Source of the DNA: Chthoniobacteraceae bacterium
Lineage (GTDB): Bacteria; Verrucomicrobiota; Verrucomicrobiia; Chthoniobacterales; Chthoniobacteraceae
Assembly: GCA_031409655.1 (NCBI GenBank)
Contig: JANNXQ010000147.1
Location: forward strand, 1 to 48,604
Direction: 5' to 3'
Length of the DNA stretch: 48,604 bases
Positions 1 through 10,165 of the stretch are shown in pieces (the stretch's first letter is position 1; every line of letters begins with the position of its first letter). A model generated the notes under the pieces. It was given only the letters and a program-made list of their open reading frames with translations, searched no databases and was not told the DNA's origin. The position numbers and the translations under genes were made by a program.

Positions 1-2461
<2,461 letters not shown>

Positions 2462-2466
2462 AGACT

Positions 2467-2514
2467 GGCGCGAAAAGAAAGCGGCGCGTCCTCGCGCCGC
2501 TTTCCTTGCGCGCC
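2467..2514. terminator. Hairpin between convergent genes, probable bidirectional intrinsic terminator
   Basis: aaagcggcgcg-tcct-cgcgccgcttt (2478-2503) with A-rich and T-rich flanks, just after the ligA stop. Confidence 0.65.
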
Positions 2515-2522
2515 CAGCGGAG

Positions 2523-3680
2523 TCACGGCCCGAGGCGGCGCTGCAGTTGTTCGAGCGGGAGGCGGAGGTCGGGGAAGCGATTGGCGGCGAGCCAGTCGGC
2601 GGTGGCTTTGGCGAGGGCGTCCTGGCGGGCGGCGCCGTCGTCGGCGACTGGGGGTTCGGTGAGGAGATTTTCGGAGACGAAAGTTGCGGGAGTCGCGAGT
2701 CCTTTCAGGAGCTTGTCCTTCTCCGCGGCGGTGACGTCGGGGCGGCCGAGGTACACCTCCAAGGCGGCCCGCTGTGCGATCTGGGAGAGGTCGGCTTTGG
2801 CGTAGTAGTCGGCACGGAGCAGGGGGCGGTCGGCGAGTTCGGTGGGATGCGTGTTCAGGTAGGTCATCACTTCGAGCGGGCCTTGCTCGGCGAGGCGGTC
2901 GAGGGCGATGGCGGCGGCGTATTGGAGTTCGCGCGGGCCATTTTGCTGCACCTCGGCGAGATCGGGCACGAGCGTGGGATCCTTGGTAAAGACAACGACG
3001 TCGAAGGCCTCGAGCATCCCGGCGGTGGGGCGCGCACGCCAGGGTTCGTGGGTGAGCATCTCGCGCATTTTCCCGGCGAGGTAGGGCTTCGCGGCGGGTT
3101 CGCTCCAGGCGACGTTGCGCAGGGCCATCGCCCACTCGTCGGCGGAGGTTTTCGCTGCGAGCAGGGAGCGGGAAAATTTCGCCGCACTGTCGTTGCGGGC
3201 GGTCTTGGAAAGCTGGCCGAGGAGATCCAGGAGCAGCACCCGCATGGTCGGCGCGCCGGTGAGTTTTCCACCTTCCCCGATGGTGAACTCTTCGCCCGTG
3301 GCCGCGTCGCCACCCGCAGTGAGGAAATCGAGGATCGCGGCGATGGACTGACCGGGTTCGGCGCCGAGCAGAGCGCGTCGCAGTTCCTCGAGCGCCGCGG
3401 CGTTCGGTCCGCCTTGCAGGGTCGCCAGCGCGGCTTCGATCATCTTTAGCAATCTGGCGCTCGGGCTGGGCATGGAGGGCGAAGTGGCTTCGGGGCTGAC
3501 TTGGACGGTGGCGCCCGGACGCTGCAGTGCGGGGGCATTCGCTGTCTGTTCGCGGGCCGTTGGGGTTGCGCGGTGGCGCGGGCCGAGGGGAAAATCCGCG
3601 CCGCTGCGCGCGAAGTAAAAGCCCGCGGCGATGAGCAGGGGCAGCGCGAGGAGGAAGAGGACCAGGGGCTTCGTCTTCAC
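2523..3680 (-). CDS. Hypothetical protein: N-terminal membrane anchor, Pro/Ser linker, alpha-helical body
   Basis: 385-aa ORF with typical codon usage; hydrophobic N-terminus (LVLFLLALPLLIAAGFYF); directly downstream of the protease gene on the same strand. Confidence 0.75.
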   Translation of the reverse strand: MKTKPLVLFLLALPLLIAAGFYFARSGADFPLGPRHRATPTAREQTANAPALQRPGATVQVSPEATSPSMPSPSARLLKMIEAALATLQGGPNAAALEELRRALLGAEPGQSIAAILDFLTAGGDAATGEEFTIGEGGKLTGAPTMRVLLLDLLGQLSKTARNDSAAKFSRSLLAAKTSADEWAMALRNVAWSEPAAKPYLAGKMREMLTHEPWRARPTAGMLEAFDVVVFTKDPTLVPDLAEVQQNGPRELQYAAAIALDRLAEQGPLEVMTYLNTHPTELADRPLLRADYYAKADLSQIAQRAALEVYLGRPDVTAAEKDKLLKGLATPATFVSENLLTEPPVADDGAARQDALAKATADWLAANRFPDLRLPLEQLQRRLGP

Positions 3681-3705
3681 GCGCGGGACCGGTGCGCTCG
3701 CACCG

Positions 3706-4449
3706 TTACTTGGTGTAGCGCCGGATGAAGCTCGCCGCGGTGCTATTCAGGATGCGAATGCCGCCCGTGACGGGATCCACGGAACTGGCGACGACCACAC
3801 CCGCGACGAACAATTTACCACTCGCATCGCGACCGAAGACCGGCCCGCCGCTCATGCCCGCCTCAAAGTAGAGCGAGTCATTTTCATAGAAGCCCCCGTA
3901 GATCGGGTAGTAGCCGCCGCGCGGGGCGACGGAGAGGAGATCATCGCCGGTGTGATATTCGCCGCCGTAGCCGAGGGCGATGGAGTAGTGGCCATCTTCG
4001 AGCAGCGTAGGATTTGCCCACCAGCCAGCATACGAGCCATCGGCCACGGGACGGCGGAAGACGAGAACACCGAGGTCGTAGGAAAAGGCGCGCACGCTTT
4101 CGCCGGAGTAGCTGCGGGCGTTTTCGCGATAGCCGGAGAGCACGTAGATCCGGCTGGCGTGCTGCTGCGAGAGGCTCGTGCTGCCGTAGAGGCCGCGGCG
4201 GAAGAGGAGGTCGCTGGAGAAGCCGCGGTCGGCGTCCCAGAGATTGTGCGCGGCGGTGAGGACGGAACTCGGGCGGATGACCGTGCCGCTGCCGCTGTAG
4301 TAGCGCGCGCCATTCGCGAAGAGGAGCTGGCCGATGGCGGAGTAGGGAAAAGTGTGGGCGACTTCCGCGCCGGTGGGCGTCGGGTAATCGACCGCCATCG
4401 CCGGGGCGAGGAGCGTGAGGGCGGTGAGAGCAGAGAGGAGGGGCTTCAT
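3706..4449 (-). CDS. Secreted trypsin-like (V8/glutamyl endopeptidase-type) serine protease
   Basis: Signal peptide MKPLLSALTALTLLAPAMA; GSGTVI, VLTAAH (His), YDLG (Asp), GMSGGP (Ser). Start placed at ATG 4449. Confidence 0.85.
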   Translation of the reverse strand: MKPLLSALTALTLLAPAMAVDYPTPTGAEVAHTFPYSAIGQLLFANGARYYSGSGTVIRPSSVLTAAHNLWDADRGFSSDLLFRRGLYGSTSLSQQHASRIYVLSGYRENARSYSGESVRAFSYDLGVLVFRRPVADGSYAGWWANPTLLEDGHYSIALGYGGEYHTGDDLLSVAPRGGYYPIYGGFYENDSLYFEAGMSGGPVFGRDASGKLFVAGVVVASSVDPVTGGIRILNSTAASFIRRYTK

Positions 4450-4535
4450 AAGAGGCTCAGAAACTTGGGCGGAGTGTAGCCCGACCTTCGCGGGAAGCAA
4501 ACCTGGTGCCGTGGTTTTTTCGCGGGGCCCGGCCG

Positions 4536-5564
4536 TCAGTTTCCGGTGATCGATTGCGGGCCGAGCGAAACTGGAGGCAGCGCTGTCTTCTTCGGTCCAG
4601 TGCCCGGCGGGTACTGCATCCCGTAACTGAGGAGCAGCTTACTGTCCTCCCAGATGCCGGGCTTGTTCGTGTGCATGACCACGGCGATGACCTCGCGCCC
4701 ATTCTCCACCGCGGCGCTGACGAGCACCTGCTGGGCGGGATTGGTGTAGCCAGTCTTCACGCCGGTGCAGCCGGGGAATTCCTTGAGCAGGCGGTTGTGA
4801 TTGCTGAGCATCCAGTTGCCATCCGTCCGAGCCCAGGGGTGCGCCTTGGTGGTGACGAGCTGGCGGAAAAAGGGCTGTTGCATCGCGGTGCGGGCGATCA
4901 GGGCGAGATCGCGCGGGGTGCAATAGTGCTGGGCATTGTGCAGGCCGTGCGGATTGCGGAAGAGCGCGTTCCGGGCGCCGAGCTCGTGAGCGCGCGCGGT
5001 CATCTTTTCGGCAAAGAGCGGCATCGTCCCGGCGTTGTCGCGGCCGAGCGCGTGGGCCACGTCGTTCGCGCTTTTCAGCATCAAGCCGTAGAGCATCTGG
5101 CGGCGGCTGTAGCGTTCCCCCGGTTTGATGCTCAGGCCGGACTCGCCGACTTTCGAGTCCTCGTCCGTGACCTCCACTTCCTGCTCGAGATTGCCGGCTT
5201 CGATGATCAGCAAGGCGGTGAGGATCTTCGTGGTGCTGGCGGGGTACTGCGTGGCGTCCGGGTTTTTTTCGTAAAGGGGCGCGCCGGAGAAGGCATCGAC
5301 GACGATCGCGCCGTGCGCCGCCAGCGTGAGATTTCCATCGGCGACCATGTCCGCGGTGCTGCGGACCGGGACTTTTGGCGGAGCGGGCGTGGTCGGCTTG
5401 GCTGCCGGCTTCGGCGTGGCGGGTTTTTTTGACGGCGTGGATTTCTTCGCCGTCACGGATTTCGCGGGCGCATTCTTTTTCACCGCGGCGAATGCGGGCA
5501 GCGGGGCGCCTGCCAGGGAGGTGGCCAGCGCGAGTGAGAAAAAGTTACGGACGAATTTGGCCAT
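4536..5564 (-). CDS. D-alanyl-D-alanine carboxypeptidase (peptidase S11, DacA-like)
   Basis: PASTTK (SxxK), SAND (SxN), NPHGL, KTGYT; signal peptide and Lys/Pro/Ala-rich linker. Confidence 0.92.
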   Translation of the reverse strand: MAKFVRNFFSLALATSLAGAPLPAFAAVKKNAPAKSVTAKKSTPSKKPATPKPAAKPTTPAPPKVPVRSTADMVADGNLTLAAHGAIVVDAFSGAPLYEKNPDATQYPASTTKILTALLIIEAGNLEQEVEVTDEDSKVGESGLSIKPGERYSRRQMLYGLMLKSANDVAHALGRDNAGTMPLFAEKMTARAHELGARNALFRNPHGLHNAQHYCTPRDLALIARTAMQQPFFRQLVTTKAHPWARTDGNWMLSNHNRLLKEFPGCTGVKTGYTNPAQQVLVSAAVENGREVIAVVMHTNKPGIWEDSKLLLSYGMQYPPGTGPKKTALPPVSLGPQSITGN

Positions 5565-6768
5565 CGATCATCACCCAGGGCACTGGGCGGGTGTTCGCCA
5601 CGATTTCTTCGTGGACACGGGGAATGCTACCGGACGTTGGGAGGGCGATCAAGTCGGCCAACGCGCCGACGGAGATTTGCCCGAGTTGGCGCTGCCGTCG
5701 CAGGGCCTGCGCGGGGTTCACGGTCACGGTGCGGAGGGCGTGCTCGGCGGTGATCCACGGCTCGTTCGCCTGGAGCAGGCGCAGCTCGTCGAAAAGGCTC
5801 AGCGAAGTGGTGCTCGCGAGGCTGTCCGTGCCAACGCAAAGATTCACGCCGAGCCCGTGCAGGCGGTGAAATTGAAACGGCGAATGCTGGAAGTAGTGAT
5901 GGCTGCCCGGGCAATGCACGATGGAAGGTCCGCTGCCGCGCGGCAGACTTTCGAGGATGCCGAAGTCCTCCTCGGTGAGTTCATTCATGTGGGCGAGGAG
6001 CCAGCGGGAATCGATGGCGCCATTTTTCCAAAGCTGCGCAAAGGGCGCGTGGTAGCCGCAGTCCGTCATCGGGCGCTGGAGGGAGGCGAGGAAAGCGTAG
6101 AGCGGGCCGCCGGCGGAGCGGAACATCTCGAGCTCTTCGCGCGACTCCGCGACGTGCGTGGTGAGCGGCATGGCCAGCGAATCCGCGCAGGCGTTGGCGA
6201 GTTGGTAGAGCTCGATTGAGGCCGTGTAAGGTGCGTGGGGCGAGAGACCGAAGCCGGCGAGCGGATGACCGCGCTGGGAGAAAAAGGAAAGCGCCCCGGC
6301 GACCACGTCTTCATTCGTGATCCGATGGCGCACATCGATCATTTCATAAAAGGACCAGGTGCGTAGCCCCGGCGGACCGAGCTGCGGCATGAGCTCGGGG
6401 AAAGCCTCGATATTGCAGACGGTCGTCGTGCCCCACTTGAGCAGTTCGTCGTAACCGCGCTTGATCGCCGCGAGGTAGTCGTCGTTATCCAGCGAGCGTT
6501 TGATCGCATTGATGCGCTGCACCCAGGCCGTGAAGCTGCTCGGCCGCATGATCGCCCCGCGCAGCATGGTGTAGTCGAGATGGCAGTGTGCGTTGATCAG
6601 CCCCGGCAGCAGCGTGAGACCCTCGAGATCCACCACCGGCCCCGAGTCCGCGCGCTCGATCTCGGTGAATGGTCCGACGGCGGTGATGCGATTACCAGCG
6701 ATGACCACGCCGCCGTCCTCGATCGGCGGACCGTCCATCGTGACGATGACACGCGAGCGGAGGATCAT
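5545..6768 (-). CDS. Metal-dependent amidohydrolase (nucleoside deaminase-like: MTA/SAH or aminodeoxyfutalosine deaminase type)
   Basis: PGLINAHCHL, SPHAPY, THVAES, AHMN, GTDS, GALADL motifs; substrate not determinable by eye. Confidence 0.85.
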   Translation of the reverse strand: MILRSRVIVTMDGPPIEDGGVVIAGNRITAVGPFTEIERADSGPVVDLEGLTLLPGLINAHCHLDYTMLRGAIMRPSSFTAWVQRINAIKRSLDNDDYLAAIKRGYDELLKWGTTTVCNIEAFPELMPQLGPPGLRTWSFYEMIDVRHRITNEDVVAGALSFFSQRGHPLAGFGLSPHAPYTASIELYQLANACADSLAMPLTTHVAESREELEMFRSAGGPLYAFLASLQRPMTDCGYHAPFAQLWKNGAIDSRWLLAHMNELTEEDFGILESLPRGSGPSIVHCPGSHHYFQHSPFQFHRLHGLGVNLCVGTDSLASTTSLSLFDELRLLQANEPWITAEHALRTVTVNPAQALRRQRQLGQISVGALADLIALPTSGSIPRVHEEIVANTRPVPWVMIDGQIRP

Positions 6769-6781
6769 GCGGAGAAGCGGA

Positions 6782-6876
6782 GAATGAGGATTGAAAATTG
6801 GATATTGAAAATTGCCCGGTTCGCCGCGCCGGGAGCAACGGACAAATTTTCAACTTTCAATCTCCAATCCTCAATT
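6782..6876. repeat. AT-rich palindromic element with 7-nt periodic arms
   Basis: Left arm gaatgag-gattgaa-aattgga-tattgaa-aattg; right arm aaatt-ttcaact-ttcaatc-tccaatc-ctcaatt (imperfect reverse complement). Confidence 0.75.
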
Positions 6877-7467
6877 TCCTTTCTCCCCCTTCACCACTTT
6901 CCTCGCCTCCGCGACGAGGAGATTGCAGGCCTCGTGGCAGAGCAGAAGAAACTCGCCGGAACCAACAGGCACCGTTGCGGAAGAGGGTGTCGTGAGTTCC
7001 CAGAGGCGGTGCTTCAGGCAGCCTGCGCAAAAGCGCTCGACCAGCGCGCGGGCTTGCTCGTCGGTGATCTTTTTCGTCACCGCGTACATGCCCGTCTGAC
7101 GGTCGAGCATCGTGCGCAGAGGGACGGCGACGAGTTCGCCGCGGGCAAAACTTTCGGCGACGCCGAGCATCGCGGGCAGGAAATAATCGAGCGCCTTGCG
7201 CACCTCGGCCAAGGTGCCGAGCACGAGGCGCCAGCCGTGCCGGAGATTCGGCGCCGTCTTGAGCGGACGAAAGGCGCCCGCGTCGTCCACATTCGCCAGC
7301 CCGCGGGCGTCCTCCCAGCGGGTGAAAAGCTCGAGATCCTCGCGCCCCGTGTCCTCGTGATGCCGAAGCTCGTGACCCTCCGCGATCGCGCGGATCGCGA
7401 GCTGGCCGAGGCGCGTGCCGCCTGCCTCCAGCCACGCCGCCAGACTTGCCGTCAGGTCGCGGCTCAC
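6871..7467 (-). CDS. DR2241-family protein with putative Fe-S-binding Cys motif
   Basis: FRPLKTAPNLRHGW, YFLPA, RQTGMY, CAGCLKHRLW...CHEAC; GTG start at 7467 overlaps the chelatase stop. Confidence 0.75.
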   Translation of the reverse strand: MSRDLTASLAAWLEAGGTRLGQLAIRAIAEGHELRHHEDTGREDLELFTRWEDARGLANVDDAGAFRPLKTAPNLRHGWRLVLGTLAEVRKALDYFLPAMLGVAESFARGELVAVPLRTMLDRQTGMYAVTKKITDEQARALVERFCAGCLKHRLWELTTPSSATVPVGSGEFLLLCHEACNLLVAEARKVVKGEKGN

Positions 7468-8273
7468 GCGTGGGTGGCGTCGAAGGCCTCGACCTGATCC
7501 ATGATCACGTCCGCAAAGAGCGGCTCCGTGCCGATGGCGCTCGCGTAGTAGAGGGTGCGTCCGCGCAGGTGATACGGATTGTGCCGGAAGACTTCCATCG
7601 CCGTCGTGCTCGCGGCTCCAGGGGATTCCGTGGCGATGCCGAGCAGCACCGGGATGTCTTCGTAGCTGTGCAGTCCGTCGGAGATGAAAAAGGGCACGAC
7701 CACGACATTCGGCTGGGTCGCGAGGGTGTCCCACTTGGCGATCAGCGGCTCCTCTTCCATATAAGTGCTGAGGACCTCGGCGTAGAGGCCGCGCTCGCGG
7801 ATGCGCTCCACCTCGCGCTTCGCGGCCATGGCGGAATTGTCATTCAGCCCCGTGCCATGGCCGACGATGAGCAGGCTCGTCTCGGCCGTGGGCACGCCGG
7901 GCGCGATCTGCACCGCGCGATGCAGGAGCAGCTCCGTCATGTGCGGATGATTGCCCGCGGGCTCACAGTACTTCACGGTCTGCGAACCGCGACGGGTGAT
8001 CGGGCCATCGAGTTCGAGCTCGCGCGGGATCACCGAGCCGGTGAAGTAACCTTCGCTGATGAAATTCGGGACCACGTAAATGTCGTCGCGATCAATCATG
8101 TGCAGCACCTGGCGGTAGCTGGGCTCTTCCTTCCAAAAGCAGCAATGCACTTCTCCGAAGATGCCCCGCCGGGCGATCGCCTCCGCGTGTTCGTAGGTCG
8201 GCGCGCTGGAGTCAGGATTCGTGGTTGAGCCGTGGCCCACGATGACGAGGGCGCTGTGGGGTTTTTGCAGCAT
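7464..8273 (-). CDS. CbiX/SirB-family class II chelatase (two lobes)
   Basis: Two VGHG(S/T) motifs, WKEEPS, VVPNFISEGYF, VVPFFISDGLHSYEDIP. Start placed at ATG 8273. Confidence 0.85.
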   Translation of the reverse strand: MLQKPHSALVIVGHGSTTNPDSSAPTYEHAEAIARRGIFGEVHCCFWKEEPSYRQVLHMIDRDDIYVVPNFISEGYFTGSVIPRELELDGPITRRGSQTVKYCEPAGNHPHMTELLLHRAVQIAPGVPTAETSLLIVGHGTGLNDNSAMAAKREVERIRERGLYAEVLSTYMEEEPLIAKWDTLATQPNVVVVPFFISDGLHSYEDIPVLLGIATESPGAASTTAMEVFRHNPYHLRGRTLYYASAIGTEPLFADVIMDQVEAFDATHA

Positions 8274-8401
8274 GGGATTTTCGGTAAGGCTTACGCTGGG
8301 CGAAGTCGAACGGTTTCCCCCGGAGGCAGCGTTGCGTGGCTCCGCTCCGGGTTCGACAGGCGCGGAGGGCTGGATATTCTCCACGTTCCGCCTCCCCCCG
8401 A

Positions 8402-9997
8402 ATGCTCCTGAAATTCATCCGGCGCGTCTGCCTCTTTGCCGCCGCCACGATCACGGCCGTGGCCCAGACCTACACGCCAGGCACGACCTACTTTGGGCGC
8501 GGGAGTTACATCGAATACATTGCTGGCGACCTTCCTTTCATCATCTCCGCGCCGCACGGTGGGAGCGCCAATCCCGCCGAGTTGCCCGACCGCACCTCGG
8601 GCACTTTCAGCACCGATACGAATACCGATCTCCTCGCGCGCGCCGTGGGGCAGGCGATGTTCAGCCGCTTCGGGCAGCACCATCCGCACGTCATCATTTG
8701 CCGGCTCGATCGGCTGAAGATCGACTGCAACCGCGAGATCGTCGAAGGCGGGCAGGGGAATCCCCTCACGGAGATTTCGTGGAATGATTTTCAGAACTTC
8801 ATCCTCGTGGCCAAGCAGACCGTGCTGAAGCAATTCGGGCGCGGCTTTTACATCGACCTGCACGGCCACGGTCACGCCGTCCAGCGACTCGAAATCGGCT
8901 ACCTGCTCTCGGCCGGGCAACTCGGGCTCAGCGACATGACGCTCAATAGCAGCGCGACCTACGCCAACCAATCCAGCATCCGCGAACTCAACGTCCGCTC
9001 GCCCTCGCTCTTTGCGGCCCTGCTGCGCGGGCCGACGAGTCTGGGTGGCCGGCTCGCCATCGCCGGGTACCCCTGTGTGCCCAGTCCTCCGGTGGCCGAT
9101 CCCGGCGGCGATCCGTACTTCAATGGCGGCTACAACACCGCGCAGCACGGTTCGGAAAGCGGCGGGACGATCAGTGCGGTGCAGATCGAGGCGAACTACA
9201 CCGGAGTCCGCGACACGGAGGCGAACCGCGGGCAATTCGCCAACTCGCTCGCCGAGGCGCTCGGGCACTTCTTCACCGATCACCTGGCCCTCAATCTCGC
9301 CGACGCGCTGCCCACGGTCACCGCGATCTCCAACCGGACCGTGCCGGTGAATGGCTCGACGAGCACGATCTCCTTCACGGTCGGCGATGCGGTGACGCCG
9401 GCGAGTGCGCTCGTGCTCAGCGGCGCCTCGTCAAATCCGGCGCTCGTGCCGGTGAGCGGGATCGTCTTTGGCGGCTCCGGGGCGAGCCGCACGGTGAAAG
9501 TTTTCCCGGCGGCGAATCAGATCGGGAGCGCGGTCGTCACGGTCACGGTGACCGATGGCAATGGCGGCATGGCGCCCGAGATTTTCTCCGTCACGGTGAC
9601 GGCCACGCCGAGCCAGACGTGGCGGCTCGCGTATTTCGGCATCGCCGCCGCCACGGGGAGCGCGGCGGACTTGGCCGATCCCGATCTCGATGGGCTGAAG
9701 AACTTGCTCGAGTTTGCGCTGCTCAGCGATCCCACGGCGGCGGCGAGCCCCCCGCTGCCGGTCGCGGCGCGCTCGGGCGGCAATCTCACGCTCACCTACT
9801 CGCGCAACAATGCGGCCGTGGCGGATGGGGTACTTTTTGCCGTCGAGACGGTCGCGGCGCTCGGAGACGGGTGGACTACGGTCGGGGTGAGTGAGGCGAT
9901 CCTGAGCGACGATGGCACCGTGCAGCAGGTGCGGGCGACGGTTGCGGGCGGCGGCGCGGCGGCGCGGTTTGCGCGGTTGAAGGTCACACGGCCCTGA
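8402..9997 (+). CDS. Secreted N-formylglutamate amidohydrolase-like protein with Ig-like domain and conserved C-terminal domain
   Basis: Signal peptide; ISAPHGG, IDCNR, IDLHGH, GGYNT, QIEA motifs; beta-rich Ig/cadherin-like segment (FTVGD...SSNPALVP...VTVTDG); C-terminal DPDLDG...RFARLKV. Confidence 0.75.
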   Translation: MLLKFIRRVCLFAAATITAVAQTYTPGTTYFGRGSYIEYIAGDLPFIISAPHGGSANPAELPDRTSGTFSTDTNTDLLARAVGQAMFSRFGQHHPHVIICRLDRLKIDCNREIVEGGQGNPLTEISWNDFQNFILVAKQTVLKQFGRGFYIDLHGHGHAVQRLEIGYLLSAGQLGLSDMTLNSSATYANQSSIRELNVRSPSLFAALLRGPTSLGGRLAIAGYPCVPSPPVADPGGDPYFNGGYNTAQHGSESGGTISAVQIEANYTGVRDTEANRGQFANSLAEALGHFFTDHLALNLADALPTVTAISNRTVPVNGSTSTISFTVGDAVTPASALVLSGASSNPALVPVSGIVFGGSGASRTVKVFPAANQIGSAVVTVTVTDGNGGMAPEIFSVTVTATPSQTWRLAYFGIAAATGSAADLADPDLDGLKNLLEFALLSDPTAAASPPLPVAARSGGNLTLTYSRNNAAVADGVLFAVETVAALGDGWTTVGVSEAILSDDGTVQQVRATVAGGGAAARFARLKVTRP

Positions 9998-9999
9998 TC

Positions 10000-10114
10000 C
10001 CGGGAGCGCCGCCGTCCCGCGCGGCATCGTGTCCGCTGCGCGGCGCGCCTCTCCATGGAGTTGGGCGCTTCGCGCCAAGGTTCACGATGCCGCACGAGAC
10101 GGCAGCGCTCCCGG
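10000..10114. repeat. REP/REPIN-like inverted repeat, copy 1
   Basis: cgggagcgccgccgtcccgcgcggcatcgtg ... cacgatgccgcacgagacggcagcgctcccg; 31-bp arms with 3 mismatches. Confidence 0.8.
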
Positions 10115-10165
10115 CGGGCACCGATGCTGCTGTGTAGGCGCGGCTCACACCCGGACCACGTCTTT

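Noticed and set aside
8274..8401. Possible B12 riboswitch or tRNA (ggttcgac) upstream of the chelatase
   Set aside because: No B12 box on the minus strand and no cloverleaf can be built.
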